Origin: a virus
Taxonomy: Duplodnaviria; Caudoviricetes
IMG/VR virus record: IMGVR_UViG_3300011337_000502
Coordinates: 1 to 42,148 of that record
Strand: one strand, 5' to 3'
Length of the DNA: 42,148 nt
Below the pieces are notes generated by a model. That model saw only the letters and a list, made by a program, of their open reading frames with translations. It was not told the DNA's origin and ran no database searches. How positions within the stretch are numbered: position 1 is the stretch's first letter; the number at the start of each line of letters is the position of its first letter. Shown here in pieces: positions 19,909-29,716 of the stretch. The translations under genes were made by a program, and so were the position numbers.

Positions 19909-21414
19909 ATGACAATAGCTAAATTATACGAGAACCATAAGAAAGGGAAAGTTTCAAAGCAAACTTTCTTATATGAAGCTAGGAAAGACGATAATCTTCC
20001 TTGGATAAATAATTTTACTTCTTATGAAGACGCAGTTAAGATTCTAAAGAACAAAGGAGTTATCACCGAAGGAGCAAGTATGGCTATGATGCAACACGGT
20101 CAAGCTCCTCCTCACTTTGGCGGTGACGCTTATGATCTTCCTTCAGAGGAGAATAACATAGAAGAGGTGAGCAAATCAAGCAAAGAAGAAGATAAAGATC
20201 TATGGATGAATATGTTTGAAGACGAGCTATCAGCGATGTCGTTATCTCCTGAAGAGCATGAAAAGGCTTCAAGAGCTATGGATCACGTAGATATAATTGA
20301 TCTATACGGAATGTTTAAACCAAAATACGCTGCTACTGCTTTTGTTGGAGATCTAGATGATATTGTCTATAATGAAAACACAATAAACGAAGCTCACGAT
20401 CTTACTACAGCTCAAATCATCGATAGACTTAACGTTTACGAGTTTAAAAGAGGCGTAGAATATGAAATGACTAAGCTTAAAGTGCTTGATAACATATCTT
20501 ACGAGAAAGTTAGAGAGAAAGTAGCTAAGAAAATGGCAAAAGATCCTCTAGCTTATAGATATACTCAGCTAGCTAACGCTAAGCAAGTAGAAAAAGACGA
20601 TAAGAGACTAGCGATGACGCCAGTTAAAGGCAATAATTTCGTTGATAAAGATAACGAGATGAAAAAAATTAAGGGTCACGCTGATGAAAAGAAAAATACT
20701 TCTACTCCTAAGACAGAAAATAAGAAAGGAAAGCCAAAAGGAGTAAAAGAGATGAAGGGAAGCAAGAAAAAGCCTGCTGGAGTTAAAGATGTAATGAAGT
20801 CTGAAACAAAAGAGACTATGATTAATGAAATGCTAAACTTTTTTAAAAAAAAAGATAGTATAACAGAAAATGATGGTAGTTTTAGCGGTGGTGGATCTAC
20901 TCCTCAAGAAAGGACAGATTTCTATAAAGGTCATGAGTGCATGACTCCTGATGGAATAGGCATAGTTAAACAACGTAATGGATCGATAGTCTCAGTACAA
21001 TTAGAAGACGGATCTGAAAAAGATTACACGCTAAACGTACTAGATGCTGCCAAAGAAAAGCAAAATCAAACTCAAATGGATGCTGATAAAGCAGAAAGAG
21101 ATCAAATGTGGGCAAACTGGGATAAAGATCAAAGCTCAGGTAAAAATCCGTACGCAAAAACTTTCGGTGGAACTTTAGAATACAAGCCAGAAGATATTCA
21201 CACGTTACTAAAGAAGCTTAAAACTATTGCTGAGAAACTTAAGATGAAAAAAGAAGCAGTAGACGTGATAAAAGCAAAATCAGCTCAAGGCGGAGAAGAA
21301 ATTATAGATACAGTTCCTGCTGGACAAGGAAATAAAGCTATACAAGACCTTAAGAAAAAAATTAGTCAAAAAGGCGGATCAGTAACTTCTTTAAAAACTA
21401 CAACCGTAAAATAA
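19909..21414 (+). CDS. Modular prohead core/internal protein
   Basis: 501 aa, charged; modules delimited by VITE, NIEE, TINE, MINE and SITE; immediately upstream of the protease. Confidence 0.65.
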   Translation: MTIAKLYENHKKGKVSKQTFLYEARKDDNLPWINNFTSYEDAVKILKNKGVITEGASMAMMQHGQAPPHFGGDAYDLPSEENNIEEVSKSSKEEDKDLWMNMFEDELSAMSLSPEEHEKASRAMDHVDIIDLYGMFKPKYAATAFVGDLDDIVYNENTINEAHDLTTAQIIDRLNVYEFKRGVEYEMTKLKVLDNISYEKVREKVAKKMAKDPLAYRYTQLANAKQVEKDDKRLAMTPVKGNNFVDKDNEMKKIKGHADEKKNTSTPKTENKKGKPKGVKEMKGSKKKPAGVKDVMKSETKETMINEMLNFFKKKDSITENDGSFSGGGSTPQERTDFYKGHECMTPDGIGIVKQRNGSIVSVQLEDGSEKDYTLNVLDAAKEKQNQTQMDADKAERDQMWANWDKDQSSGKNPYAKTFGGTLEYKPEDIHTLLKKLKTIAEKLKMKKEAVDVIKAKSAQGGEEIIDTVPAGQGNKAIQDLKKKISQKGGSVTSLKTTTVK

Positions 21415-21415
21415 T

Positions 21416-22045
21416 ATGACTAAGCAACTTCTCATAGAGCATGCAATGTTTATTCCTACTAAAAGGATAAATGAAAGCATAAAGTCAGCAGTAGGAAACA
21501 TGATAGTTTCAGGATTAGTGCAAGCTTGCGATAAGCCAAATGCTAATCGTAGAATATATCCTTATGATATACTACATACTCAAGTTGAGAAATATCTACA
21601 AGGACCAATCGCTGAGAATAGAGCTTTAGGAGAACTAGATCATCCAGAATCAAGTGTTGTTAACCTTAAAAACGTTAGTCATAATATAACTAAGCTTTGG
21701 TGGGAAGGAAAAGAACTCTATGGAGATATAGAAATCTTACCAACACCATCAGGAAACATACTTAAAGAGCTATTCAAGAATAATATCACTGTTGGTATCT
21801 CTTCAAGAGCTCTTGGATCAGTATCTCCTATTGGTGAAGGTCTTGTACAAGTAGAAGACGATCTTGATTTGATCTGTTGGGACTTCGTATCGCAGCCATC
21901 TACATATGGAGCATACATGAGACCTACCTCAGGACTTAACGAATCTATCAATAAAACTATAGATAAAGAAAATAAGTACTCCAAAGCGAACCGGATGATC
22001 TCTGAGATCATTTGTAATGTATCAGGCGAGTGCTGCTTAAGATAA
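21416..22045 (+). CDS. Prohead core protease (T4 gp21-like)
   Basis: NANRRIYP, ALGELDHP, NVSH, GISSRALGS, DFVSQPST. Confidence 0.95.
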   Translation: MTKQLLIEHAMFIPTKRINESIKSAVGNMIVSGLVQACDKPNANRRIYPYDILHTQVEKYLQGPIAENRALGELDHPESSVVNLKNVSHNITKLWWEGKELYGDIEILPTPSGNILKELFKNNITVGISSRALGSVSPIGEGLVQVEDDLDLICWDFVSQPSTYGAYMRPTSGLNESINKTIDKENKYSKANRMISEIICNVSGECCLR

Positions 22046-22099
22046 TGCGTGCTACCTTTGAGACCACGCGGTTAAGCATTCTTAGACCGATGCAAAACC
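22046..22099 (+). ncRNA. Tandem hairpin element in the protease 3' UTR
   Basis: GCGTG 22047-51 pairs with CACGC 22065-69; GGTT-AA-GCAT 22070-79 pairs with ATGC-AA-AACC 22090-99. Both loops carry TT(G)AGAC(C). Confidence 0.4.
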
Positions 22100-22101
22100 A
22101 T

Positions 22102-22132
22102 CTCAACCCCGTAAGGTTGAGTTTTTATTTTT
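22102..22132 (+). terminator. Rho-independent terminator
   Basis: CTCAACC-ccgtaa-GGTTGAG followed by TTTTTATTTTT. Confidence 0.75.
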
Positions 22133-22162
22133 GGTAATAAGTGAGTTTATACAAAAATACAG

Positions 22163-22250
22163 ATATTTATTACCATAAAAATGCTTCGGTTCTATTGCGA
22201 AGCTATACTAAAAATTCTTATATTGTCCCACTTTCCTATCAATGGACAAT
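22163..22250 (+). promoter_or_regulatory. Late promoter motif plus structured 5' leader of the scaffold/capsid operon
   Basis: ATATTTAT 22163-70; hairpins GCTTCG 22183-88/CGAAGC 22198-203 and ATTGTCC 22222-28/GGACAAT 22244-50. Confidence 0.55.
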
Positions 22251-22273
22251 TAAAAATCAAAATTTTTTAAAAA

Positions 22274-23308
22274 ATGGAAAACATTTACCAACAAGCAATT
22301 GCTGATGCTAAAGCTTTACGCGCGTCTGCTATGGCGAACGCAAAGTCTGCACTACAAGAAGCTTTTGAACCACAAATCAAAGAAATGGTTCGACTGAAAC
22401 TCTCCGAAGAACTCGATGAAGTCGAAGAGCTAGAAGAAACTGAAGAAATGGAAGAAGGAATGGATCACGAAATGGAAGAAGGATACGATGGCATGGAGGA
22501 AACTCTAGGCGAAGGCGATCTTGACGAAATTCTCGCTGAACTTGACGCACTTTCTGAAGAAGATTCTGAAGAGCTCGAAGAATCAGAAGATCTAGAAGAG
22601 GCAGAAGAAATTGAAGAAGCTGAAACCGAAGACGAAGCAGCTGAAGAGTTTGATGACACAGAAGGAGATGAAGCCGCAGAAGAAACACAAGAAATTACTG
22701 TTTCACTTGGCGATCTTAAAGATTTGATCGATAAGATCAAAGGTCTAAATCCTGAATTGGCATCTGACGAAATGGCTGACGACGAAGAAGGTATGGAAGA
22801 CATGGAAGACGAAGAAAGCAAAGAAGAAGTAGAAGACGAGGAATCATTCTCTCTTGACGAAATCTTAGCCGAACTCGAAGAAGAAGACTCTTTACAAGAG
22901 AAAAAAGCAGGAGCATATATGCACTCTGTTAAAGTAAAAGACAAAAAAGTAGACGAAACCGAAAAAGAATTGAAAGACGCTAAGCATACTATTGCTGAAC
23001 TTACTCAATCTTTAAATGAGGTTAATCTTCTCAATGCTAAGCTTCTTTACATGAACAAAATCTTCAAAGCCAAAACTCTTACAGAGTCTCAAAAGATTCA
23101 AGTGGTCAAAGCTTTCGACAAAGCAACATCAGTAAAAGAGGTTAAAAACACATTCGAGATTCTTAAGGAGTCAGTGACTGCTAAAAAGAAATCTCAAATC
23201 CAAGAATCATTTGGATACGCTTCAAAACCCGCTGGCGTATCACCACGAACTAACGTAATCGATGCAGATCCTTTCGTTAACAGGTGGCAAAAATTAGCAG
23301 GTCTATAA
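22274..23308 (+). CDS. Prohead scaffold protein (T4 gp22-like)
   Basis: Very acidic coiled coil between protease and capsid genes; LNEVNLLNAKLLY; C-terminal RWQKLAGL. Confidence 0.85.
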   Translation: MENIYQQAIADAKALRASAMANAKSALQEAFEPQIKEMVRLKLSEELDEVEELEETEEMEEGMDHEMEEGYDGMEETLGEGDLDEILAELDALSEEDSEELEESEDLEEAEEIEEAETEDEAAEEFDDTEGDEAAEETQEITVSLGDLKDLIDKIKGLNPELASDEMADDEEGMEDMEDEESKEEVEDEESFSLDEILAELEEEDSLQEKKAGAYMHSVKVKDKKVDETEKELKDAKHTIAELTQSLNEVNLLNAKLLYMNKIFKAKTLTESQKIQVVKAFDKATSVKEVKNTFEILKESVTAKKKSQIQESFGYASKPAGVSPRTNVIDADPFVNRWQKLAGL

Positions 23309-23332
23309 TAATCAAAAATTAATATTTTAACA

Positions 23333-25012
23333 ATGGCAAACCTAGTACAATCGTTACTTAACGAGTCAGCCAAAACAGCACACTTCGATCAGTTCAGTGT
23401 TGCTAACAAGCTCGCTGCTAAGTGGCAAAAATCAGGTCTTCTTAAAGGCCTCAACGAAGGTGATCGCTCAACTGTAGCGGTTATCCTCGAAAACCAAGCT
23501 AAACAGCTTGTAGTAGAATCTACTCAAACCGGTGGAGCTGGTACTCCACAAGCATCTTTTACTGCTGGTAATGGTGAACAATGGGCTGGCGTAGCTCTTC
23601 CTTTGGTGCGTAAGATCTTCGGTCAAATCGCTTCTAAAGAGTTCGTTTCAGTTCAACCAATGAACCTTCCTGCAGGTCTTGTATTCTATCTTGACTTTCA
23701 ATATGGTAATAGCAAGACTCCTTTTGGAGTAAATGATTCAGTTTACGGTACCCCAAGTGCAAACTTTGGTAACCAAGCTGCTGGCGCTCTATACGGTGCT
23801 GGTAAATTTGGGTACTCTTTGAACCAATTCTCATCTTCTGCATTCGTAACTTCTACCGGTTCAGCCGCTGGAGTTCCTTACGTTTCTGCTTCTCAATTTG
23901 ATGTTAGATTTGATTCTTCTGTTTCTGCTTCTATTGAGGCTGGACAAATTAAAAAAGTATCTCTTCCAACTGCATCTATTCCTTCTTTTGATCCAAACAC
24001 TGTTAGGTCTTTCGTAATAACTTCTGGTTCTAATTTTGGTCTTGACGCAGCTAAATTGTTACCTGCTTTCACAGAACTTGTAGGTGGTAACATCAACTTC
24101 TACGTAACTGCATCTCAAACAGAAGTTACTGGATCTGGTATCCCAGGTTGGTCAGTTTATTTCAACAAAGCTACTGACTTTAATAGCCGTGGTGATTTTG
24201 AAGATCGTACAACCTCTCCTTCAGTTCCTAACGCAGCTTCTAACACTTCTATCGTTATCCCTGAGATTAACGTACAGATGAAGAGCCAAACCATCTCTGC
24301 TAAAACTCGTAAGTTGAAAGCACAATGGACTCCAGAATTTGCACAAGATCTTAACGCTTACCATTCTCTTGATGCTGAAGCCGAATTGACCGGTCTACTT
24401 TCTGAGCACATCTCTCTTGAGATCGACCTCGAAGTTCTTGACATGTTGATCAACGCTGCTCCAATCGTAGAAAACTGGTCTGCTAAGGTTGGTAACCAAA
24501 TCAATGCTACTGGTACAGGATTTAATCTAAATACCGCTGGTGTTTACTACACTCAAATGAGCTGGTTCCAAACAATTGGTATCAAGCTTCAGAAGGTGAG
24601 CAACATCATCCATCAGCGTACAATGAGAGGCGGTGCAAACTTCATGGTTGTTTCCCCAGCTATCGCTACCATCTTGGAATCAATTCCTGGATTCGCAGCT
24701 GATACTGACGGTGCAGCAGATACAATGAAGTACGCTTTCGGTGTACAAAAGATCGGTGCCCTTAACAGTCGTTACAAGGTTTACAAAAACCCTTACATGA
24801 CTGAGAACGTGATCCTTATGGGTTACAAAGGTGGTCAGTTCCTTGAGTGCGGAGCGGTTTATAGCCCTTACGTTCCATTGATCATGACTCCATTGATCTA
24901 CGATCCGAACACCTTCACTCCTAGAAAAGGTATCATGACTCGCTACGCGATGACCATGGTTCGTCCTGAATTCTACGGATTGGTACATGTATCTGATCTT
25001 AACATTGTCTAA
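23333..25012 (+). CDS. Major capsid protein (T4 gp23-like)
   Basis: ILENQ, VSVQPMNLPAGLVF, AKTRKLKAQWTPEFAQDL, YSPYVPL, FTPRKGIMTRYA. Codons skew toward C-ending, as in highly expressed genes. Confidence 0.97.
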   Translation: MANLVQSLLNESAKTAHFDQFSVANKLAAKWQKSGLLKGLNEGDRSTVAVILENQAKQLVVESTQTGGAGTPQASFTAGNGEQWAGVALPLVRKIFGQIASKEFVSVQPMNLPAGLVFYLDFQYGNSKTPFGVNDSVYGTPSANFGNQAAGALYGAGKFGYSLNQFSSSAFVTSTGSAAGVPYVSASQFDVRFDSSVSASIEAGQIKKVSLPTASIPSFDPNTVRSFVITSGSNFGLDAAKLLPAFTELVGGNINFYVTASQTEVTGSGIPGWSVYFNKATDFNSRGDFEDRTTSPSVPNAASNTSIVIPEINVQMKSQTISAKTRKLKAQWTPEFAQDLNAYHSLDAEAELTGLLSEHISLEIDLEVLDMLINAAPIVENWSAKVGNQINATGTGFNLNTAGVYYTQMSWFQTIGIKLQKVSNIIHQRTMRGGANFMVVSPAIATILESIPGFAADTDGAADTMKYAFGVQKIGALNSRYKVYKNPYMTENVILMGYKGGQFLECGAVYSPYVPLIMTPLIYDPNTFTPRKGIMTRYAMTMVRPEFYGLVHVSDLNIV

Positions 25013-25039
25013 CCTTTAAGGTAACACAATAAATTAAAG

Positions 25040-25069
25040 AGCCTGACTTCGGTCAGGCTTTTTTATTTT
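25040..25069 (+). terminator. Rho-independent terminator with cUUCGg tetraloop
   Basis: AGCCTGAC-TTCG-GTCAGGCT followed by TTTTTATTTT, just after the capsid gene. Confidence 0.9.
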
Positions 25070-25078
25070 GGTCTGAAC

Positions 25079-25086
25079 ATATTTAT
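25079..25086 (+). promoter_or_regulatory. Putative late promoter ATATTTAT
   Basis: Lies between the capsid terminator and the phoH ATG (25100). Confidence 0.55.
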
Positions 25087-25099
25087 ACAAAACTGTTTC

Positions 25100-25780
25100 A
25101 TGAACGAAGGATACAATTCTGCACAAAAATCGGCAAAAAAGTTAAAGAATCCAATCAAGTTTTCTGTTTCATTAAACGAAGAGCAAAAGGAAGCTAAGTC
25201 CTTTATACTTCAAAACAAAATAACGGTTTTAAAAGGTCAAGCTGGATCTGGAAAATCTATGGTAGCAGCGCAAGTTGCTCTAGACATGTTATTCAGAAAA
25301 GAAGTAGAGAGGATAATCCTAACTAGACCAGCAATTACTTCTGGAGAAGATCTTGGTTTTCTTCCTGGAGATAAAGACGCTAAGCTAGCACCGTATACAG
25401 CTGCCATATATGATAATATGTATAGGTTGTATAGCAAAGATAAGATCGATAAAGAGATCATGGAAGGAAACATAGAAGTAATACCGCTTGCTTTTATGAG
25501 AGGAAGAAACTTAACCAATTGTTGCGTAGTAGTAGATGAAGCGCAAAACATAACCAGTCCTCAAATGGAGCTTATGTTAGGTAGATTGTGTATAGGATCA
25601 AAGATGATACTGTGTGGAGATACTGCTCAAATTGACTTAAAAGATAGAAAGTCATCAGGTTTTAAATTTATATGCGATAACTTCGCCTCTGTTACTGGAT
25701 TTGGAGTGTTTACCTTAAAGACTAATCATAGAGATCCAATAGTAGAAGACATATTAAAAGTATACGATAACTTTAGATAA
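25100..25780 (+). CDS. phoH: PhoH-family ATPase
   Basis: GQAGSGKS, LTRP, LGFLPGD, AFMRGRNL, DEAQN, GDTAQIDL, NHRDP. Confidence 0.93.
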   Translation: MNEGYNSAQKSAKKLKNPIKFSVSLNEEQKEAKSFILQNKITVLKGQAGSGKSMVAAQVALDMLFRKEVERIILTRPAITSGEDLGFLPGDKDAKLAPYTAAIYDNMYRLYSKDKIDKEIMEGNIEVIPLAFMRGRNLTNCCVVVDEAQNITSPQMELMLGRLCIGSKMILCGDTAQIDLKDRKSSGFKFICDNFASVTGFGVFTLKTNHRDPIVEDILKVYDNFR

Positions 25781-25789
25781 TAAATAACT

Positions 25790-26956
25790 ATGGCAAACCG
25801 TCCCATATGGCCTGGATCTTCTAGCTTTGCGCCTGGAGATACGCCTTTCGGATTTTATGATAACGATGCAAGTTTCCAAGCTGATGCTGACAAAGTAGCT
25901 AAATACATAGCAATTAAGTTAGGATATCCTATTATGGATGTAGAACTTATTGAAGATCAAATGTATGCTTGTTTCGAAGAATCTGTTGCTATATACGCAG
26001 AAGAGCTTTATCAATCCAAGATAAAAGATAACTATATTTCTTTAGAAGGAGCTCCAACAGCGTCTCAATTAAATAATATTGTAGTAGGAGCTTCTTTACA
26101 GAACATTATAAATATTTCCGATACTTACGGGCAAGCCGCAATGTTAGGAGGAAACGTAGATCGTAGATCTGGTTCACTATCTCTCATAGCGGGTCAACAA
26201 GTATACGATCTTCAAGCTTGGGGAATACAAAACAATTATATAGACGCTACAGATAGGATGGTTATTCAAACCGTGTTTTATCAAGGAGTGCCAGCTATCA
26301 ATCAATACTATGATCCATACATAGGAGGATCAATAAACTATCAAGGAGCAACTGAAAACTTTGGATGGGCATCTTACTCTCCTGGTCTTAACTTCGTTCT
26401 TTTCCCAGTTTATTGGGACATTCAAAGGATTCAAGAGATCGAGATGTCTAATACAGTTAGACGCTCAGCATTTAGCTTTGAAATAGTCAACAACAAATTA
26501 AAAATATTTCCAAGACCTGAAATAGATAATGCGGTAGTTTGGATAGAATACTCTAAGAAGAGTGATTCCTCAAACGTTATATTAAATAGTCCTTATGGTG
26601 CAAATACAGGATTAGTTAGTAATGCTTCAAAAGCACCTTATGGAAATATAACGTATGCACAAATTAATCAACCAGGAAAGCAGTGGATATATGAGTACGC
26701 GCTAGCTTTAGCTTCAGAAATACTTGGACTAGTTAGAGGAAAATACTCTGAAGTGCCAATTCCTGGATCAGAAGTAACTCTTAATGGAGCAGATCTTATA
26801 TCTAAAGGAAAAGAAACTCAGTTGGCTTTAAGAGACAAACTTAGACAAGATTTTGAAGATATGTCTAGAAGGTCTCAGTTAGAAAGAAAACAGTCAGAAC
26901 AAGCTTCTCTATCAGACACACTTAAGGAAGTACCTTTGTTAATTTATATTGGCTAA
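25790..26956 (+). CDS. Neck/head-adaptor protein (T4 gp13-like)
   Basis: KLGYPIMDVEL near the N-terminus; WIYEYALA...LGLVRGKY..VPIPG..VTLNG; position after the capsid gene. Confidence 0.75.
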   Translation: MANRPIWPGSSSFAPGDTPFGFYDNDASFQADADKVAKYIAIKLGYPIMDVELIEDQMYACFEESVAIYAEELYQSKIKDNYISLEGAPTASQLNNIVVGASLQNIINISDTYGQAAMLGGNVDRRSGSLSLIAGQQVYDLQAWGIQNNYIDATDRMVIQTVFYQGVPAINQYYDPYIGGSINYQGATENFGWASYSPGLNFVLFPVYWDIQRIQEIEMSNTVRRSAFSFEIVNNKLKIFPRPEIDNAVVWIEYSKKSDSSNVILNSPYGANTGLVSNASKAPYGNITYAQINQPGKQWIYEYALALASEILGLVRGKYSEVPIPGSEVTLNGADLISKGKETQLALRDKLRQDFEDMSRRSQLERKQSEQASLSDTLKEVPLLIYIG

Positions 26957-26957
26957 T

Positions 26958-27599
26958 ATGATAAATTGGGAATATTTATACAATAGATTGTTAGAAACAA
27001 AAAATGCTGATTTTGGAGAAAAACATCACGTAATACCCATTCACGCAGGAGGAAAAAAGGGAGAAATTGTAATATTACCAAGAAGATACCACGTGTTAGC
27101 TCATTATATCAGATGGAGATGGAAAAAAGAGATTGGAGATCGATATGCATATAAAATTATGAGTGGACAAATAAAAAATCCTATGCATGATGAAGAAATT
27201 AGATCATATACTATGAAAATAATAAATAGTATGATAAAAGATGAAAACTATATATTAAAAAAATCTCAACAAGCAAAAGATAGATGGAATAATAAAGAAA
27301 GTAGAGAGACTATATTAAATGGAAGAAGAAATTGGATAGATATAGGAGATAACAGAAAAAAATTAACGGATAGGTTAAATACAGAAATTGCGATAGAAAA
27401 AAGAAAATTAAAAATAAAAGAATACTATTCAAAAGCTGATAAATCTATATTATCTAAAAGAAATAGTAAAAAAGTTTTAATTTTAGAGAATAGCGTGATT
27501 TTAGAATCAGTGAAAAGTGCAGCCATATATTTTAATGTCTCAAAAAAGACAATATGTAGATGGGCCAAACAAGAGAATAAAATAAAATATATAAAATAG
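26958..27599 (+). mobile_element. Free-standing HNH homing endonuclease with C-terminal HTH (NUMOD-like)
   Basis: EKHHVIPIHAGG...LPRRYHVLAH; C-terminal ESVKSAAIYFNVSKKTICRW; markedly more AT-rich than its flanks. ATG 26958 preferred. Confidence 0.8.
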
Positions 27600-27604
27600 C
27601 TTTT

Positions 27605-28099
27605 ATGTGTGCAATGTTTGGAAGACTTAGAGATATATCTGTATTCAAAACAATGAATAGGGAACTGCTTGAAGACATTATTAGTCAACAAATAGGCTAT
27701 TACAAAATAAAATTAAGCGATACTCCAGTCAACATGTATGGAGAAGCAGTAAATAAGTATTATATTGGTCCTGTTCTACTAAACTGTCTTATAGAAAGAG
27801 GAGATTTTGGAGTAAATAGAATAGACTACGCTGTAGATGTTAACAGAACTTCTGTATTTAGGTTTTTTAAGGATCACCTTCAAGAGACTGGTGTTGTTCC
27901 TGAAATTGGAGATATTATAATGTGGAACGAAAGTTACTTTGAAGTAAACAACGTTAATGAAAATCAGTTCATAGTTGGTAAAGACAATGACTACGCGTAT
28001 TCTGAAGGTTTACAGAACTTCGGTAATTCACTTTCAATCATCTTGGAGACTCATTATGTGAGCCCAGACAGATTGGGAATAAACCAAAATAGATTATAA
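27605..28099 (+). CDS. Head closure/neck protein (T4 gp14-like)
   Basis: NMYGEA, PEIGDIIMW..YFEV; synteny with the gp13-like gene. Confidence 0.65.
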   Translation: MCAMFGRLRDISVFKTMNRELLEDIISQQIGYYKIKLSDTPVNMYGEAVNKYYIGPVLLNCLIERGDFGVNRIDYAVDVNRTSVFRFFKDHLQETGVVPEIGDIIMWNESYFEVNNVNENQFIVGKDNDYAYSEGLQNFGNSLSIILETHYVSPDRLGINQNRL

Positions 28100-29352
28100 T
28101 GGCTAATCAAGTAGTAAGACCAGAGACGCGTAGAGAGTTTATGAGTAAGCTCATAGATCCTTATGATCCTAAATATGCTCCTGCTACAGAAATATTCTCT
28201 GAGCCTACGAAACTTGGTCAACCTGAAATTAATAGAGCAAATGAAATATCTCTAAAAGATGACAATATTAGAGAGTTTAAAGTAGGAATACAAGACTTTG
28301 ATCAAGCTATAATGTACTATTTCAAAGAAGTTATTAAACCTTTCGTTATTCAAAATAATACAAGAATAAATGTTCCAGTACTTTACGGAGATCCTGAAAA
28401 CTGGAAATCAGTTCAAGCAGACGGATATTATAGGGACGTAAATGGTAGATTATTAGCTCCATTGATTATGTTTAGAAGAAAAGGCATGACTCAAAATCGT
28501 GGTCTTGGTTCTAAAATAGACGGAAATGTGACTAAAAACATGCAATTGTTCCAAAAGAGCTTTAGCAAAAGAAATGTGTATGGTAACTTTGCTGTTTTAA
28601 ATAATAGAGTTCCTGAAACAGAATATATAGCTTCTATAACTCCTGATTATGTAACAGTAAATTATGATTGTGTAGTCTGGACTTACTTTGTAGAGCAAAT
28701 GGACGCTTTAGTCGAGTCAATAAATTTCGCTTCTAGAACTTATTGGGGAGATCCTACTAAGTTTCAATTTTATTCGTCTATAGAGACTTTTGATGAGTCT
28801 ATAACTTATGAAATAGGAGATGATAGAGCTGTAAAAAACACTTTTAGTATCACTTTGAATGGATATATCATACCTGAGTCGATAAATAAAAGTTTGGCAA
28901 GTATGAATAAAGTCTACGGAGTTTCTCAAGTTGTTTTTGGACTTGAAACAACCGATGGAAATGCTGAAACTATATCTAGTAAAAAATTAACAAAGAAAAG
29001 TCTTTCAAAAGCTACTGTGCAAGACGGAACAAATATTATTATAAATGGTGGCGGCGGAGGATTAGATTCCGCAGTCGGTATATATCTATCTACAAATAAA
29101 CAAGTAACTGCTACATACGTTAGTCCAACAACTGTTACTTTCCCTAATGGATGGTTAAATGCGCCTTCTCCATTACCTGCAAATAGTATAGAAAACTTTA
29201 CTTTTTTTGTTAATGGTATGTATGTAGAGCCTACTTCTATAGTAAGTTTTGTTACATTTGGTAATACTTCTACATTAATAATAGATCCTATACTACTTAC
29301 TTATGAGTTTGAAGCTAATGACGTTATTATAGGAATAGGAAAATTCTCATAA
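28099..29352 (+). CDS. Tail terminator/completion protein (T4 gp15-like) with C-terminal extension
   Basis: VPVLYGDPENW, PLIMFRR, PDYVTVNY..VVWT....QMD.LVE; synteny. Confidence 0.6.
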   Translation: MANQVVRPETRREFMSKLIDPYDPKYAPATEIFSEPTKLGQPEINRANEISLKDDNIREFKVGIQDFDQAIMYYFKEVIKPFVIQNNTRINVPVLYGDPENWKSVQADGYYRDVNGRLLAPLIMFRRKGMTQNRGLGSKIDGNVTKNMQLFQKSFSKRNVYGNFAVLNNRVPETEYIASITPDYVTVNYDCVVWTYFVEQMDALVESINFASRTYWGDPTKFQFYSSIETFDESITYEIGDDRAVKNTFSITLNGYIIPESINKSLASMNKVYGVSQVVFGLETTDGNAETISSKKLTKKSLSKATVQDGTNIIINGGGGGLDSAVGIYLSTNKQVTATYVSPTTVTFPNGWLNAPSPLPANSIENFTFFVNGMYVEPTSIVSFVTFGNTSTLIIDPILLTYEFEANDVIIGIGKFS

Positions 29353-29353
29353 T

Positions 29354-29641
29354 ATGGCTAGATTAAAATTAAAACAAGTACTTTCAAATTTGCATTATAA
29401 TGAAGCAAATGATCAACTTATTCTAAGCGGATCTAAAGTACCTACTGCTCTTCAAAATCCAGAAGATATAGATGTTAATTGGGATGATGCTTTTGGAACC
29501 TGGGATGGAACTAGAGTAGGAATTCCAGATTTTATAATCTATGGAGAAACTTTTGTTACATCTAGTGCTTATTTGACTGGATCAATTGTTGTAGAAGGAT
29601 CATTGATAGTGAGTGGATCTTTCCAAACTGGATCTTTATGA
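29354..29641 (+). CDS. Small virion structural protein
   Basis: 95 aa with the SGS/TGS motifs seen in the fibre proteins. Confidence 0.6.
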   Translation: MARLKLKQVLSNLHYNEANDQLILSGSKVPTALQNPEDIDVNWDDAFGTWDGTRVGIPDFIIYGETFVTSSAYLTGSIVVEGSLIVSGSFQTGSL

Positions 29642-29686
29642 TAATAAACTAAACTCAATAAGTTATGTGTACTTATACCCACTTTG

Positions 29687-29694
29687 ATATTTAT
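29687..29694 (+). promoter_or_regulatory. Putative late promoter ATATTTAT
   Basis: Intergenic, 22 nt before ATG 29717. Confidence 0.55.
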
Positions 29695-29716
29695 TGATAG
29701 TACTTAAAAAAAGAAA

